A stretch of 64,000 nucleotides of DNA from assembly GCA_964016885.1 (NCBI GenBank), contig OZ024763.1, positions 23,002,001 to 23,066,000 of the forward strand, in the 5' to 3' direction. The stretch comes from Eledone cirrhosa. Lineage: Eukaryota. The notes below the pieces were generated by a model, which was not told where the DNA came from, did not search any database, and worked only from the letters and a program-made list of their open reading frames with translations. The number at the start of each line of letters is the position of its first letter. The first letter of the stretch is position 1. Positions 1-13,152 of this stretch are shown here, piece by piece. The translations under genes were made by a program, and so were the position numbers.

Positions 1-3000
1 GGCGGTAGTTTGTTCCATGGAAGTTTTAAAGGATGCAGTGTCCTGACAGCTAACAACTGATGCAGATAGTTTATGGAGGTTTTAAAGGATGCAGTGTCTC
101 GACAGCTAACAACTGATGCAGGTAGTTTGTTCCATGGAGGTTTTAAAGGATGCAGTGTCGCAACAGCTAATAACTGATGTAGGTAGTTTGTTCCATGGAA
201 GTTTTAAAGGATGCAGTGTCCTGACAGCTAACAACTGATGCAGGTAGTTTGTTCCATGGAGGTTTTAAAGGATGCAGTGTCTCGACAGCTAACAACTGAT
301 GCAGGTAGTTTGTTCCATGTAGGTTTTAAAGGATGCAGTGTCTCGACAGCTAATAACTGATGCAGGTAGTTTGATCCATGGAGGTTTTAAAGGATGCAGT
401 GTCTCGACAGCTAATAACTGATGCAAGTAGTTTATGGAGGTTTTAAAGGATGCAGTGTCTCAACAGCTAACAACTGATGCAGGTAGTTTGTTCCATGGAG
501 GTTTTAAAGGATACAGTGTCTCGACAGCTAACAACTGATGCAGGTAGTTTGTTCCATGGAGGTTTTAAAGGATACAGTGTCTCGACAGCTAACAACTGAT
601 GCAGGTAGTTTGTTCCATGGAGGTTTTAAAGGATACAGTGTCTCAGCAGCTAATAACTGATGCAGGTAGTTTGTTCCATGGAAGTTTTAAAGGATGTAGT
701 TTCCTGACAGCTAACAACTGATGCAGGTAGTTTATGGAGGTTTTAAAGGATGCAGTGTCTCAACAGCTAATAACTGATGCAGGTAGTTTGTTCCATGTAA
801 GTTTTAAAGGATGCCGTGTCTCGACAACTAACAACTGATGCAGGTAGTTTGTTCCATGGAGGTTTTAAAGGATGCAGTGTCTCGACAGCTAACAACTGAT
901 GTAGGTAGTTTGTTCCATGGAGGTTTTAAAGGATGCAGTGTCTCAGCAGCTAATAACTGATGTAGGTAGTTTGTTCCATGGAAGTTTTAAAGGATGCAGT
1001 GCCCTGACAGCTAACAACTGATGCAGGTAGTTTGTTCCATGGATGTTTTAAAGGATGCAGTGTCTCGACAGCTAACAACTGATGCAGGTAGTTTGTTCCA
1101 TGGAGGTTTTAAAGGATGCAGTGTCTCGACAGCTAACAACTGATGTAGGTAGTTTGTTCCATGGAGGTTTTAAAGGATGCAGTGTCTCAGCAGCTAATAA
1201 CTGATGTAGGTAGTTTGTTCCATGGAAGTTTTAAAGGATGCAGTGTCCTGATAGCTAACAACTGATGCAGGTAGTTTGTTCCATGGAGGTTTTAAAGGAT
1301 GCAGTGTCTCGACAGCTAACAACTGATGCAGGTAGTTTGTTCCATGGAGGCTTTAAAGGATGCAGTGTCTCGACAGCTAATAACTGATGCAAGTAGTTTG
1401 TTCCATGGAGGTTTTAAAGGATGCAGTGTCTCAACAGCTAACAACTGATGCAGGGAGTTTGATCCATGTAAGTTTTAAAGGATGCAGTGTCTCGACAGCT
1501 AACAACTGATGCAGGTAGTTTGTTCCATGGAGGTTTTAAAGGATGCAGTGTCTCGACTGCTAATAACTGATGCAGGGAGTTTGTTCCATGGAGGTTTTAC
1601 AGGATGCAGTGTCTCGACAGCTAACAACTGATGCAGGTAGTTTGTTCCATGGAGGTTTTAAAGGATGCAGTGTCTCAGCAGCTAATAACAGATGTAGGTA
1701 GTTTGTTCCATGGAAGTTTTAAAGGATGCAGTTTCCTGACAGCTTACAACTGATGCAGGTAGTTTATGGAGGTTTTAAAGGATGCAGTGTCTCAACAGCT
1801 AACAACTGATGCAGGTAGTTTGTTCCATGGAGGTTTTAAAGGATGCAGTGTCTCAGCAGCTAATAACAGATGTAGGTAGTTTGTTCCATGGAAGTTTTAA
1901 AGGATGCAGTTTCCTGACAGCTAACAACTGATGCAGGTAGTTTATGGAGGTTTTAAAGGATGCAGTGTCTCGACAGCTAACAACTGATGCAGGTAGTTTG
2001 TTCCATGGAGGTTTTAAAGGATGCAGTGTCTCAACAGCTAACAACTGATGTAGGTAGTTTGTTCCATGGAGGTTTTAAAGGATGCAGTGTCTCAGCAGCT
2101 AATAACTGATGTAGGTAGTTTGTTCCATGGAAGTTTTAAAGGATGCAGTGTCCTGACAGCTAACAACTGATGCAGGTAGTTTGTTCCATGGAGGTTTTAA
2201 AGGATGCAGTGTCTCGACAGCTAACAACTGATGCAGGTAGTTTGTTCCATGGAGGTTTTAAAGGATGCAGTCTCTCGACAGCTAATAACTGATGCAAGTA
2301 GTTTATGGAGGTTTTAAAGGATGCAGTGTCTCAACAGCTAACAACTGATGCAGGTAGTTTGTTCCATGGAAGTTTTAAAGGATGCAGTGTCCTGACAGCT
2401 AACAACTGATGCAGGTAGTTTGTTCCATGGAGGTTTTAAAGGATGCAGTGTCTCGACAGCTAACAACTGATGTAGGTAGTTTGTTCCATGGAGGTTTTAA
2501 AGGATGCAGTGTCTCAGCAGCTAATAACTGATGTAGGTAGTTTGTTCCATGGAAGTTTTAAAGGATGCAGTGTCCTGATAGCTAACAACTGATGCAGGTA
2601 GTTTGTTCCATGGAGGTTTTAAAGGATGCAGTGTCTCGACAGCTAACAACTGATGCAGGTAGTTTGTTCCATGGAGGCTTTAAAGGATGCAGTGTCTCGA
2701 CAGCTAATAACTGATGCAAGTAGTTTGTTCCATGGAGGTTTTAAAGGATGCAGTGTCTCAACAGCTAACAACTGATGCAGGGAGTTTGATCCATGTAAGT
2801 TTTAAAGGATGCAGTGTCTCGACAGCTAACAACTGATGCAGGTAGTTTGTTCCATGGAGGTTTTAAAGGATGCAGTGTCTCGACTGCTAATAACTGATGC
2901 AGGGAGTTTGTTCCATGGAGGTTTTACAGGATGCAGTGTCTCGACAGCTAACAACTGATGCAGGTAGTTTGTTCCATGGAGGTTTTAAAGGATGCAGTGT

Positions 3001-6000
3001 CTCAGCAGCTAATAACAGATGTAGGTAGTTTGTTCCATGGAAGTTTTAAAGGATGCAGTTTCCTGACAGCTTACAACTGATGCAGGTAGTTTATGGAGGT
3101 TTTAAAGGATGCAGTGTCTCAACAGCTAACAACTGATGCAGGTAGTTTGTTCCATGGAGGTTTTAAAGGATGCAGTGTCTCAGCAGCTAATAACAGATGT
3201 AGGTAGTTTGTTCCATGGAAGTTTTAAAGGATGCAGTTTCCTGACAGCTAACAACTGATGCAGGTAGTTTATGGAGGTTTTAAAGGATGCAGTGTCTCGA
3301 CAGCTAACAACTGATGCAGGTAGTTTGTTCCATGGAGGTTTTAAAGGATGCAGTGTCTCAACAGCTAACAACTGATGTAGGTAGTTTGTTCCATGGAGGT
3401 TTTAAAGGATGCAGTGTCTCAGCAGCTAATAACTGATGTAGGTAGTTTGTTCCATGGAAGTTTTAAAGGATGCAGTGTCCTGACAGCTAACAACTGATGC
3501 AGGTAGTTTGTTCCATGGAGGTTTTAAAGGATGCAGTGTCTCGACAGCTAACAACTGATGCAGGTAGTTTGTTCCATGGAGGTTTTAAAGGATGCAGTCT
3601 CTCGACAGCTAATAACTGATGCAAGTAGTTTATGGAGGTTTTAAAGGATGCAGTGTCTCAACAGCTAACAACTGATGCAGGGAGTTTGATCCATGGAAGT
3701 TTTAAAGGATGCAGTGTCTCGACAGCTAACAACTGATGCAGGTAGTTTGTTCCATGGAGGTTTTAAAGGATGCAGTGTCTCGACTGCTAATAACTGATGC
3801 AGGGAGTTTGTTCCATGGAGGTTTTACAGGATGCAGTGTCTCGACAGCTAACAACTGATGCAGGTAGTTTGTTCCATGGAGGTTTTAAAGGATGCAGTGT
3901 CTCAGCAACTAATAACAGATGTAGGTAGTTTGTTCCATGGAAGTTTTAAAGGATGCAGTTTCCTGACAGCTAACAACTGATGCAGGTAGTTTATGGAGGT
4001 TTTAAAGGATGCAGTGTCTCAACAGCTAACAACTGATGCAGGTAGTTTGTTCCATGGAAGTTTTAAAGGATGCCGTATCTCGACAACTAACAACTGATGT
4101 AGGTAGTTTTTTCCATGGAGGTTTTAAAGGATGCAGTGTCTCAGCAGCTAATACCTGATGCAGGTAGTTTATGGAGGTTTTAAAGGATGCAGTGTCTCGA
4201 CAGCTAACAACTGATGCAGGTAGTTTGATCCATTGAAGTTTTAAAGGATGCAGTGTCTCGACAGCTAACAACTGATGTAGGTAGTTTGTTCCATGGAGGT
4301 TTTAAAGGATGCAGTCTCTCAGCAGCTAATAACTGATGTAGGTAGTTTGTTCCATGGAAGTTTTAAAGGATGCAGTGTCCTGACAGCTAACAACTGATGC
4401 AGGTAGTTTGTTCCATGGATGTTTTAAAGGATGCAGTGTCTCGACAGCTAACAACTGATGCAGGTAGTTTGTTCCATGGAGGTTTTAAAGGATGCAGTGT
4501 CTCGACAGCTAATTTGATCCATGGAGGTTTTAAAGGATGCAGTGTCTCGACAGCTAATAACTGATGCAAGTAGTTTATGGAGGTTTTAAAGGATGCAGTG
4601 TCTCAACAGCTAACAACTGATGCAGGGAGTTTGATCCATGGAAGTTTTAAAGGATGCAGTGTCTCGACAGCTAACAACTGATGCAGTTAGTTTGTTCCAT
4701 GGAGGTTTTAAAGGATGCAGTGTCTCGACTGCTAATAACTGATGCAGGTAGTTTGTTCCATGGAGGTTTTAAAGGATGCAGTGTCTCAGCAGCTAATAAC
4801 TGATGTAGGTAGTTTGTTCCATGGAAGTTTTAAAGGATGCAGTTTCCTGACAGCTAACAACTGATGCAGGTAGTTTGTTCCATGGAGGTTTTAAAGGATG
4901 CAGTGTCCTGACAGCTAACAACTGAAGCAGGCAGTTTGTTCCATGGAGGTTTTAAAGGATGCAGTGTCCTGACAGCTAACAACTGATGCAGGTAGTTTGT
5001 TCCATGGAGGTTTTAAAGGATGCAGTGTCTCGACAGCTAACAACTGATGTAGGTAGTTTGTTCCATGGAGGTTTTAAAGGATGCAGTGTCTCGACAGCTA
5101 ACAACTGATGCAGGTAGTTTGTTCCATGGAGGTTTTAAAGGATTCAGTGTCTCGACAGCTAACAACTGATGTAGGTAGTTTGTTCCATGGAGGTTTTAAA
5201 GGATGCAGTGTCTCAGCAGCTAATAACTGATGTAGGTAGTTTGTTCCATGGAAGTTTTAAAGGATGCAGTGTCCTGACAGCTAACAACTGATGCAGGTAG
5301 TTTATGGAGGTTTTAAAGGATGCAGTGTCTCGACAGCTAACAACTGATGCAGGTAGTTTGTTCCATGGAGGTTTTAAAGGATGCAGTGTCTCAGCAGCTA
5401 ATAACTGATGTAGGTAGTTTGTTCCATGGAAGTTTTAAAGGATGCAGTGTCCTGACAGCTAACAACTGATGCAGGTAGTTTGTTCCATGGAGGTTTTAAA
5501 GGATGCAGTGTCCTGACAGCTAACAACTGATGCAGGTAGTTTGATCCATGGAAGTTTTAAAGGATGCAGTGTCTCAACAGCTAATAACTGATGTAGGTAG
5601 TTTGTTCCATGGAACTTTTAAAGGATGCAGTGTCCTGACAGCTAACAACTGATGCAGGTAGTTTGTTCCATGTAGGTTTTAATGGATGCAGTGTCGCGGC
5701 AGCTAACAACTGATGCTGGTAGTTTGTTCCATGAAGGTTTTAAAGGATGCAGTGTCTCAACAGCTAACAACTGATGCAGGTAGTTTGTTCCATGGAGGTT
5801 TTAAAGGATGCAGTGTCCTGGCAGCTAACAACTGATACAGGTAGTTTATGGAGGTTTTAAAGGATGCAGTGTCTCGACAGCTAACAACTGATGCAGGTAG
5901 TTTGTTCCATGGAGGTTTTAAAGGATGCAGTGTCCTGACAGCTAACAACTGATGCAGGTAGTTTATGGAGGTTTTAAAGGATGCAGTGTCTCGACAGCTA

Positions 6001-6560
6001 ACAACTGATGCAGGTAGTTTGATCCATGGAAGTTTTAAAGGATGCAGTGTCCTGGCAGCTAACAACTGATGCAGGTAGTTTATGGAGGTTTTAAAGGATG
6101 CAGTGTCTCGACAGCTAACAACTGATGCAGGTAGTTTGTTCCATGGAGGTTTTAAAGGATGCAGTGTCCTGACAGCTAACAACTGATACAGGTAGTTTAT
6201 GGAGGTTTTAAAGGATGCAGTGTCTCGACAGCTAACAACTGATGCAGGTAGTTTGTTCCATGGAGGTTTTAAAGGATGCAGTGGCCTGACAGCTAACAAC
6301 TGATGCAGGTAGTTTATGGAGGTTTTAAAGGATGCAGTGTCTCGACAGCTAACAACTGATGCAGGTAGTTTGATCCATGGAAGTTTTAAAGGGTGCAGTG
6401 TCTCAACAGCTAATAACTGATGTAGGTAGTTTGATCCATGGAAGTTTTAAAGGATGCAGTGTCCTGACAGCTAACAACTGATGCAGGTAGTTTGTTCCAT
6501 GGAGGTTTTAATGGATGCAGTGTCCTGACAGCTAACAACTGATGCAGGTAGTTTGTTCCA
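1..6560 (-). repeat. 61-bp satellite array (with 56-bp deletion variant) derived from CR1-group LINE ORF2 3' end; about 109 units, open at window start
   Basis: Unit gcaggtagtttgttccatggaggttttaaaggatgcagtgtctcgacagctaacaactgat. Its reverse complement encodes WNKLPASVVSCRDTASFKTSM, matching the CR1 ORF2 C-terminus at about 40580-40645 and 57683-57748. The variant lacks gttcc. Confidence 0.97.
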
Positions 6561-6705
6561 TGCTTCAGAAACTCTGAGCGTGAAAAAATGTTTCCAAAAA
6601 TCATGGGAGCTGTACTGTTTTCTGACTTTGTAGGTAAGTACATGTGTGTTAGACACATGGAATTTAAAAAGGCGCTCAGGGTTGTTGTTGGAAAGATGGT
6701 TAATA
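6561..6705 (-). mobile_element. CR1-group LINE ORF2 fragment contiguous with the satellite
   Basis: The array runs directly into sequence encoding ...KVRKQYSSHDFWKHFFTLRVSEA(WNKLP), homologous to 40450-40580. Confidence 0.9.
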
Positions 6706-7059
6706 ATTGATTTTTCCCCTCCCCTAAAAAATTGCAGGCTTTGTGCCTAAATCAGAAATTATTAATTAATTGAAATAGAGTTTAATTGATTAGAAATATA
6801 GTCAAAAACAGGTAAATTAAAATCTTCCCACATAAATTTAAATCCTACAAAAGTATGAGAGGTTACCTCATTAGTATAAAGATGATGCGTAGCTGTAATA
6901 ACGAAAAGTTACCTCCCCTGAAATATCAAGTTATTTCCCCTGCGTCAGAAATTTTTTTTGTTACTTGGAGCAGTTTATAAAAAGCTTTGTTTTAGAGGGA
7001 AATTCTACCAACATTTTCAGAGAAAATATTTCATCAATGCCCACCCCCATCCAGTCCAG

Positions 7060-7265
7060 TGTACGAGTACTACCACTTTATAGGGTGTACAGAATGTATT
7101 TAATTGTGGTACCAGCACTACCATTTTACAGGGTGTACTGGGTGTATTGTATCATGACACCAGTATTACTGGGTGTATTTTATTGTGACACCAGTACTAC
7201 TGCTTTACAGAGTGTACTGGGTGTATTTTATTAGCAGAACTAACATGTTTCAATGTAGACTGGGT
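7060..7265. repeat. Degenerate copies of the 48-bp RTE-3'UTR-derived minisatellite
   Basis: accagtactaccactttacagggtgtactgggtgtatt motifs; same unit as 29775-30330. Confidence 0.75.
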
Positions 7266-7459
7266 ACAGTTTATCATATGGTATCAGACCATACCAATTG
7301 ACAGAGGGAACACAGATAATTATAGATAGTTTCTAAAATGGAACTAGACTGGTTTGGGGCTACAGGCACAGGAAAAACGGGGTCTTTGCTAAAAGTTTTA
7401 GGTTTTAATGCAGTTGAAAGCAGTCACAAACATCCTTCAAAACTTCAATACTTCCTAAA

Positions 7460-7800
7460 ATTCGACAACACTACACCTGATATTCCCCCTCCATATACAC
7501 GCATGCATGTATCTGTGTGTATCATGACTCATACACTGTTCACTTTCCTGACATTTGTACATTATTCTATGTACTATACATACACCTTTGATAAGTTGTA
7601 GTGCACCTGAGCACTGTACACAATAATGTTTATTGTTTTATATATATATAGTAAAAGAATGAAAGATAACATGGTCGGCTGTACAAAAAGAGTTTATTGA
7701 CAATTATTTCATTAGAGTCTAAAAGCTGCTGATCGTTAGAAATTACGTGATAAGTTGTAGTGCACCTGAGCACTGTACACAATAATGTTTATTGTTTTAT
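7460..7800 (+). mobile_element. CR1-group LINE 3' UTR/terminus with duplicated end (7749-7800) and an intervening short insert
   Basis: caacactacacct...ttgtagtgcacctgagcactgtacacaata matches 40660-40820. The last ~50 bp occur twice. Confidence 0.85.
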
Positions 7801-8660
7801 TATTTTATTATCTTCATCTATATCTATTGATCCATGGGATCAGTAGGTATAGATGGAGGGAGAGAGAGCGATGCATCAGCACTGTATTCTTTTTATCAAT
7901 CCCGAGATGATGAAATGCAAAGTGGCCCTTGGTGGGATTTGAACTTAGAAAGCAGACACAGAATAAATATCCAATGCTCTAACAAATTTACTAACTTATG
8001 TATTATATACATACATACGTATATGACATGATGGCTGCCCCCTCGTTATCGAGTATGGCCATTGCACAATATACCATTATTAATAATTATCAATTAATTC
8101 TATCATGCAATACCTGTGCGTGAAGATATTTTTTAAAGTGAGGAAAGACTGTGCACTGAGCCAATCCCACTCTCTGAGCGACAGTAGCTATAACCCGAAA
8201 AGAAGAAAAGATCAACATCATCAGTAACTACTGAGTCACAGGTTTTATGTAGGAATTATCCCAGTTTTCTGAGTTGCCTTCTAGAAGAATGCCCTGACAA
8301 AGGCTAGGGGGTCCTTCACTCCCAGTGGTTTAACCACGCGATCGGGTATCCAGATCGACTATTTCTATGTCCCCGCGCATATACATACACATGCACATAC
8401 ATATACATATGTACATACATATTTAAACATTTTTGGATGGCCATTCACTCTTATGAGTTCTTCCACCCTTTGTCAGGTTTTGTTTTTTGTCCTGCAGGAT
8501 GTCCAAAATCACCCTCCTCACCAAGTAAACTTACATATATACATACTATATATATACACACACAAAAATTGACATACATACATACATACACATACATATA
8601 CAATGACCCAACTTGCCTCTAGCATGGAAGATAGACGTTAATCGATGATGATATATACCT

Positions 8661-8739
<79 letters not shown>

Positions 8740-8879
8740 GGTATATATATGTACATATATATTTATATATTAACCTAACTAGTACGCATACAATATTGAA
8801 CACAACACATTATATATATATATATGTATGTAAAAGGTAAACATAAATAACAACACAATCGGTACAGTATATGGAAGGA

Positions 8880-8958
8880 ATATATTAGGTTAATGCTTGA
8901 TATAGCAGGAAGAGGGACTTAACGTTTTGGACGCTAGTCCTTCATCAGAAGAAAGAGT
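8880..8958 (-). ncRNA. Degenerate minimal hammerhead motif (Penelope-like pLTR fragment)
   Basis: Reverse complement reads ctgatga-a-ggac tagc gtcc-aaaa-cgtta: stem II intact, GAAA mutated to AAAA. Confidence 0.5.
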
Positions 8959-9224
8959 GAGAAATAAGATAGATTGAGGGGACGGGCGGGTTGGAATTGG
9001 AAAAAATGTCTTTAGATAAAAATAACAGGTCCATTCATGTTGACATCTCATATAGATAGATAGAGAGAGAGAGAGAGACGGGGAGAGACAGATTATATCT
9101 ATATAGAGAGAGAGATATATAGATAGATAGATATAGAAATGTAGACAGGGTGTGTTGTTAAAAGTATGACTTGTAATTTTAATTTAAAAAAGAGGGCTAT
9201 AATTTAAGAGTCACCCACTCCCAT

Positions 9225-9372
9225 TACCCCATCACCACCATCATCAACAACACCACCATCAACAACAACACCACCATCATCAACAACACCACCATCAACA
9301 ACAACACCACCATCATCAACAACACCACCATCATCAACAACACCATCACCACCATCATCAACAACAACACCA
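9225..9372. repeat. (CAC/CAA/CAT)n compound trinucleotide repeat
   Basis: Direct reading. Confidence 0.9.
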
Positions 9373-9569
9373 TGTGTTGGTGACTCATTCTATATAATGA
9401 CTTCAAAAGATTCATTTAATACTGAATGGGGTTTTTTGGGGGGGCTTTTATGAAGTGTGTCTGAAGTTACTTATACACTTATATTTAAATTTTTATTGCT
9501 TTCTTCACACATAAATACATATAAATATATATATATAGGTAGTAGAGGCGCAATAGAATTGCGTTCACA

Positions 9570-9710
9570 GGCGGTCTGAGGAGCTTCCAATTCCAGAGTC
9601 AGGTTCGATCATCAATAGATCGTTCCTCGAGCTGATCGACAGTGAAACATATGTAATATATAATTAAATATGTATATGATGCAACACTGATTCTTTGTTC
9701 CCTTTTATTA
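9570..9710 (+). mobile_element. Penelope-like pLTR fragment with degenerate long-stem-II hammerhead (family also at 18080-18210 and 58600-58735)
   Basis: ctgagga...agagtcaggttcgatc...gatcgttcctcgagctg...gaaa-catatg-ta; palindromic stem III, poor stem I. Confidence 0.55.
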
Positions 9711-9989
9711 TTATTATAACATATATATATATATATATACACACTCAATGGGAATCAAGAGGTATTCACAGTTAACAAAAGAGTACTCAATACATTGGTA
9801 AAGTATAGGGATCTTTATTATATCTAGAAATGACTTCTTCAGAACTAGAACTGAGTGTGTGTGTGTATATATATATTTGACCAAAGCCTATCAAAGTTAT
9901 ATACATACATATATATTTAATTAGAAAGTAAACAACACAATATATAGCTACTCCATTACCAAATGTTTCAGGACAGAGAGGCATAACAT

Positions 9990-10057
9990 CTCTGTCTGAT
10001 GAACGATCTAGACGTACATTAATATTGTCTAGGGTCCTGAAACCTTTGGTAATGGAG
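9990..10057 (+). ncRNA. Type I hammerhead ribozyme inside fold-back (arms 9914-9974 / 10034-10094)
   Basis: Stem I ctctgt/atggag (2 GU pairs); CTGATGA 9996-10002; stem II gatctagac/gtctagggtc; GAAA 10039-10042; stem III acc-ttt-ggt; GUA site 10049-10051. Confidence 0.75.
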
Positions 10058-10244
10058 TAGTTATATATTGTGTTGTTCACTTTATAATTAAATAGCTCTG
10101 TTCTATACATAGAGCACTCTTTTTTCCTTTGTTTTTTTTTTCTTCAGAAATAATTAACATACATATAAAAGCAGAATAAATGGAGAAGGCAATACGTTTA
10201 AAAACAAACTTGACATCTTACACAGTGTTTCATATATATATATA

Positions 10245-10462
10245 TAATGAAGGAAGTGTGGTAAGGAACCAGGTGGACCATAACCCACCAGAGTACTCGA
10301 TACTTCGGGTAGTAGAGTGGGTAATAGGAAAAGAGTCAGAACCCCGACAGCAGAGCTCAAGCCATTTTGACAGCTATTTCTGGATCCAAAGCCTATCAAA
10401 GTCCAGAAATAGCTGTCGAAATGGCTTGAGCTCTGCCGTCGGGGTTCTGACTCTTTTCCTAT
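10245..10462 (-). mobile_element. Penelope-like pLTR fold-back insertion (family A) carrying the 3' half of a hammerhead
   Basis: Inverted arms 10324-10384 / 10402-10462; homologous to 42103-42298 and 58870-59451; flanked by (TA)n. Confidence 0.8.
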
Positions 10463-10711
10463 ATATATATATATATGTATATATATGATTTACACATTAT
10501 GAGCTCAACGTTATATATTTTGACCTATCTAATCTATTAGCGTGGGGGAGGGGATGGGAGAGGGATGAGGCGGGTGACAGTTTGTTAAAAGTACAATGGC
10601 AGAATATTCTCAGTAATTAGATCTTAATTACTCTTAATTGATAGTTAACAATAAGTTTGGGGGGTTTCCAGCTCCATCATCATCATCACCATAACTACCA
10701 CCATCATATAT

Positions 10712-10905
10712 ATAATAATAATGAAATGATTGTGTACAGTGCTCAGGTGCACTACAACTCATTAAAGGTGTATGTATAGTACATAGAATAATACACAAAT
10801 GTCAGGGAAGTGAATAGTGTAGGAGTCATGATATACATGTGTGTATGTGTATGGAGGGGGGACATCAGGTGTAGTGTTGGCGAATCTCAGGAAGCATGGA
10901 GGTTT
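10712..10905 (-). mobile_element. CR1-group LINE 3' terminus
   Basis: Reverse complement of the CR1 3' UTR with (TAT)n tail; truncated at the catggaggttt satellite boundary motif. Confidence 0.85.
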
Positions 10906-10910
10906 ATGTA

Positions 10911-10989
10911 TAGGTTGCTACAAAAAAATGTATACACACTTCAACAGCATTCTAATAAATATATGTGTAGATTTTTGGGACACACCCTG
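10911..10989. mobile_element. Tc1/mariner-type MITE
   Basis: TA-flanked imperfect TIRs taggttgctacaaaaa / tttttgggacacaccctg. Confidence 0.55.
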
Positions 10990-11169
10990 TATGTATGTGA
11001 GCATATGTGTGTCTGCGACTGTGTTAATCTGTGTGTCTGAGCTAAGAACAAGACTTAGAGAAAACCCTTAATGAGCAGTCTTACCACTAGACCACGAAGA
11101 CTGCCTTGAAAGTAGAGTGGAAATTACTCCTTATAAACCTACTTTTCAATTTAATGGTTAAAATTGCAA

Positions 11170-11556
11170 AAAATTGAGGGAAGTTACGGAGTGGGTAGAC
11201 CCAGAAAAACCTGGGACGACATGATAAAGTCCGATCTTGCACACTTGCACCTCTCTAAGACAATGTCACTGGATCGAGATCTTTGGCAGCACGCAGTATT
11301 ACAGAAGACCTGCCTTCCCTTCATGCAAAGTTAACCTACAGTCAGTAGGCCCCTCTTAGCCAAACACACCCCAACCCACTACCCTTACTCCATCCTCCCA
11401 CTCCAAACAACACTACCCTTTCTCTATAAAGTTATGTTGGTACCACAACATCCAGTCCAAACTAATGAGGTCGTGTAGGTGTCACGACAAAAAAACACAG
11501 TCCATGCTGTAATGTGGCCGTGTAGGTAACACGGTAAAAACCTCCCAGTCCACACT
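11170..11556 (+). mobile_element. RTE-clade LINE 3' fragment
   Basis: GRPRKTWDD-coding end and 3' UTR homologous to 56400-56790. Confidence 0.8.
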
Positions 11557-11564
11557 GGAAGATA

Positions 11565-13152
11565 GCGGTCCCGTGTTCAGAGGCTGGATTGAGGCGATGC
11601 ACACCAGCATCTGCTCGAGGGCCAAGGTGAACGGCTACCTATCGGAGTCGTTCGCAATCACGCGTTCTATTCGACAGGGGTGCCCTCTCTCCTCCATTCT
11701 GTATGTATTGACTCTAGAACCACTACTGCGGAAATTGGAGCTGTTGCAGGGCATCCCTCTAGAACTGAGACTGCGCAAAGCGGTGTCGGCTTATGCAGAC
11801 GACGTGACGGTAATGGTGTCAAGCACCTCGGAAATCGGGGTGATCGGCAACTTACTGAAAGAATACGAAACGCTGATGGGAGAAAAACTAAACCCGGACA
11901 AGTCTGTCGGTTTGCAACTCGGTACGTGGAGAGGCAAACCGATGACGTCGACAGCGTTGTTGGACGCTGGACGGACGGACCGGTGAAATTGCTCGGAGTC
12001 TGGTTCGGTCCAGACCTCCAGGTGGAGAAAAACTGGAACGAGGTCACAGCAAAGGTGTTTGCACTCACCCAGAAGTGGGCAGAGTGCAAACTGTCCTTGA
12101 AAGGTCGAGCGGAGGTGGCGAACACTTTCATAGCGTCCGTCATCTACTACCGCTTGACTGTCTTGCTGACGGAGCTGCAGTCCTGGGTCAAGAAAAGACC
12201 GAAAACGATGGGCGCCTGGCACATTGAATGCGCTCACAGTCCACTGGCAAGCAGGCGCAGCAATCAGTGGAATCTCCACTTCAACATTCTATAGAGGGAT
12301 TGTACGTTACAAGGGCGACGACGTGCTCGAGAGACTCTGGGCGTCGAAGACGATGAGCTCACCAGTCTGTTTCGTAGGACTTTCCACCCGGGACCTATGG
12401 ACAACTTCCAGAGGTCCCTGGCCTGGCAGTGCTACCGAGGAGCTCTACCGGTTCGTGACAAGATCTACAGGCACGGATGCCCCGGCAGAGATCCTTCCAA
12501 GAGGATGTGTCCAAGATGCGCGCAGGACATTGAAACAGTCCTGCACGCAATTGTACACTGCCCGGGCGTAACCGACCTGTGGAACTATGCAGAACAACTG
12601 CTGTTGCGTATGGGACAAATCCAGTTGACTACCGAGTCCATAGTAAGGATCAAACCGCCAGCCTCTTTCAAAAATGAAAGAAAAGCGGTTTTCCTCTGTA
12701 CGGTGGCTATGGTGAAAGAAGTTATATGGTGGACGAGATTGAGAGGACTGAAGACAGATGCCTTTCTCTCCGGACAACAATTGATTCCCTTCTTTAAGTA
12801 TCACTTTAGAAGGAGAATCAGAGTGGAGAGAGAGGCACTGCACCCCAGTAAATTTACTGAAAGGTGAGTGAATGAAGCGAAAATGGCCCGAGTGATTGAG
12901 CCTTCTCTGTTTATAAGCCTGTAGGTTGAAGAAGAGAGCAAAAGGAAGAAAGGAGCACTTGCACAACACGCTCCTGGAGTTGAGGGTTGTTCTATTGACG
13001 GGGTATTAAACAACCCATTTGTGGCGCCTCCCCCCTATTTCGATTGTTGTAATTGTTTGTTTTTATATTTTTTACACGACAGTATGTCAAATCCCCGGCA
13101 TGTCTTTGTATTGTCCCCTTTCCTTGTGCGCCCTTGTGGCAAATAAAGAAAT
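11565..13152 (+). mobile_element. 5'-truncated, decayed Tx1-clade LINE (RT 3' half, CCHC finger, 3' UTR)
   Basis: SIRQGCPLS, YADD and CPRC..ETVLHAIVHC motifs; frameshifts and an internal deletion relative to 35660-37496; same terminus ggcaaataaagaaat. Confidence 0.93.

Noticed and set aside
7021-7060. Possible host micro-exons (ttttcag at 7020 followed by gtacga; similar acceptor-like sites at 8497 and 20443, donor-like gtaagt near 30406)
   Set aside because: Splice-like signals only; no recognisable protein or consistent frame.
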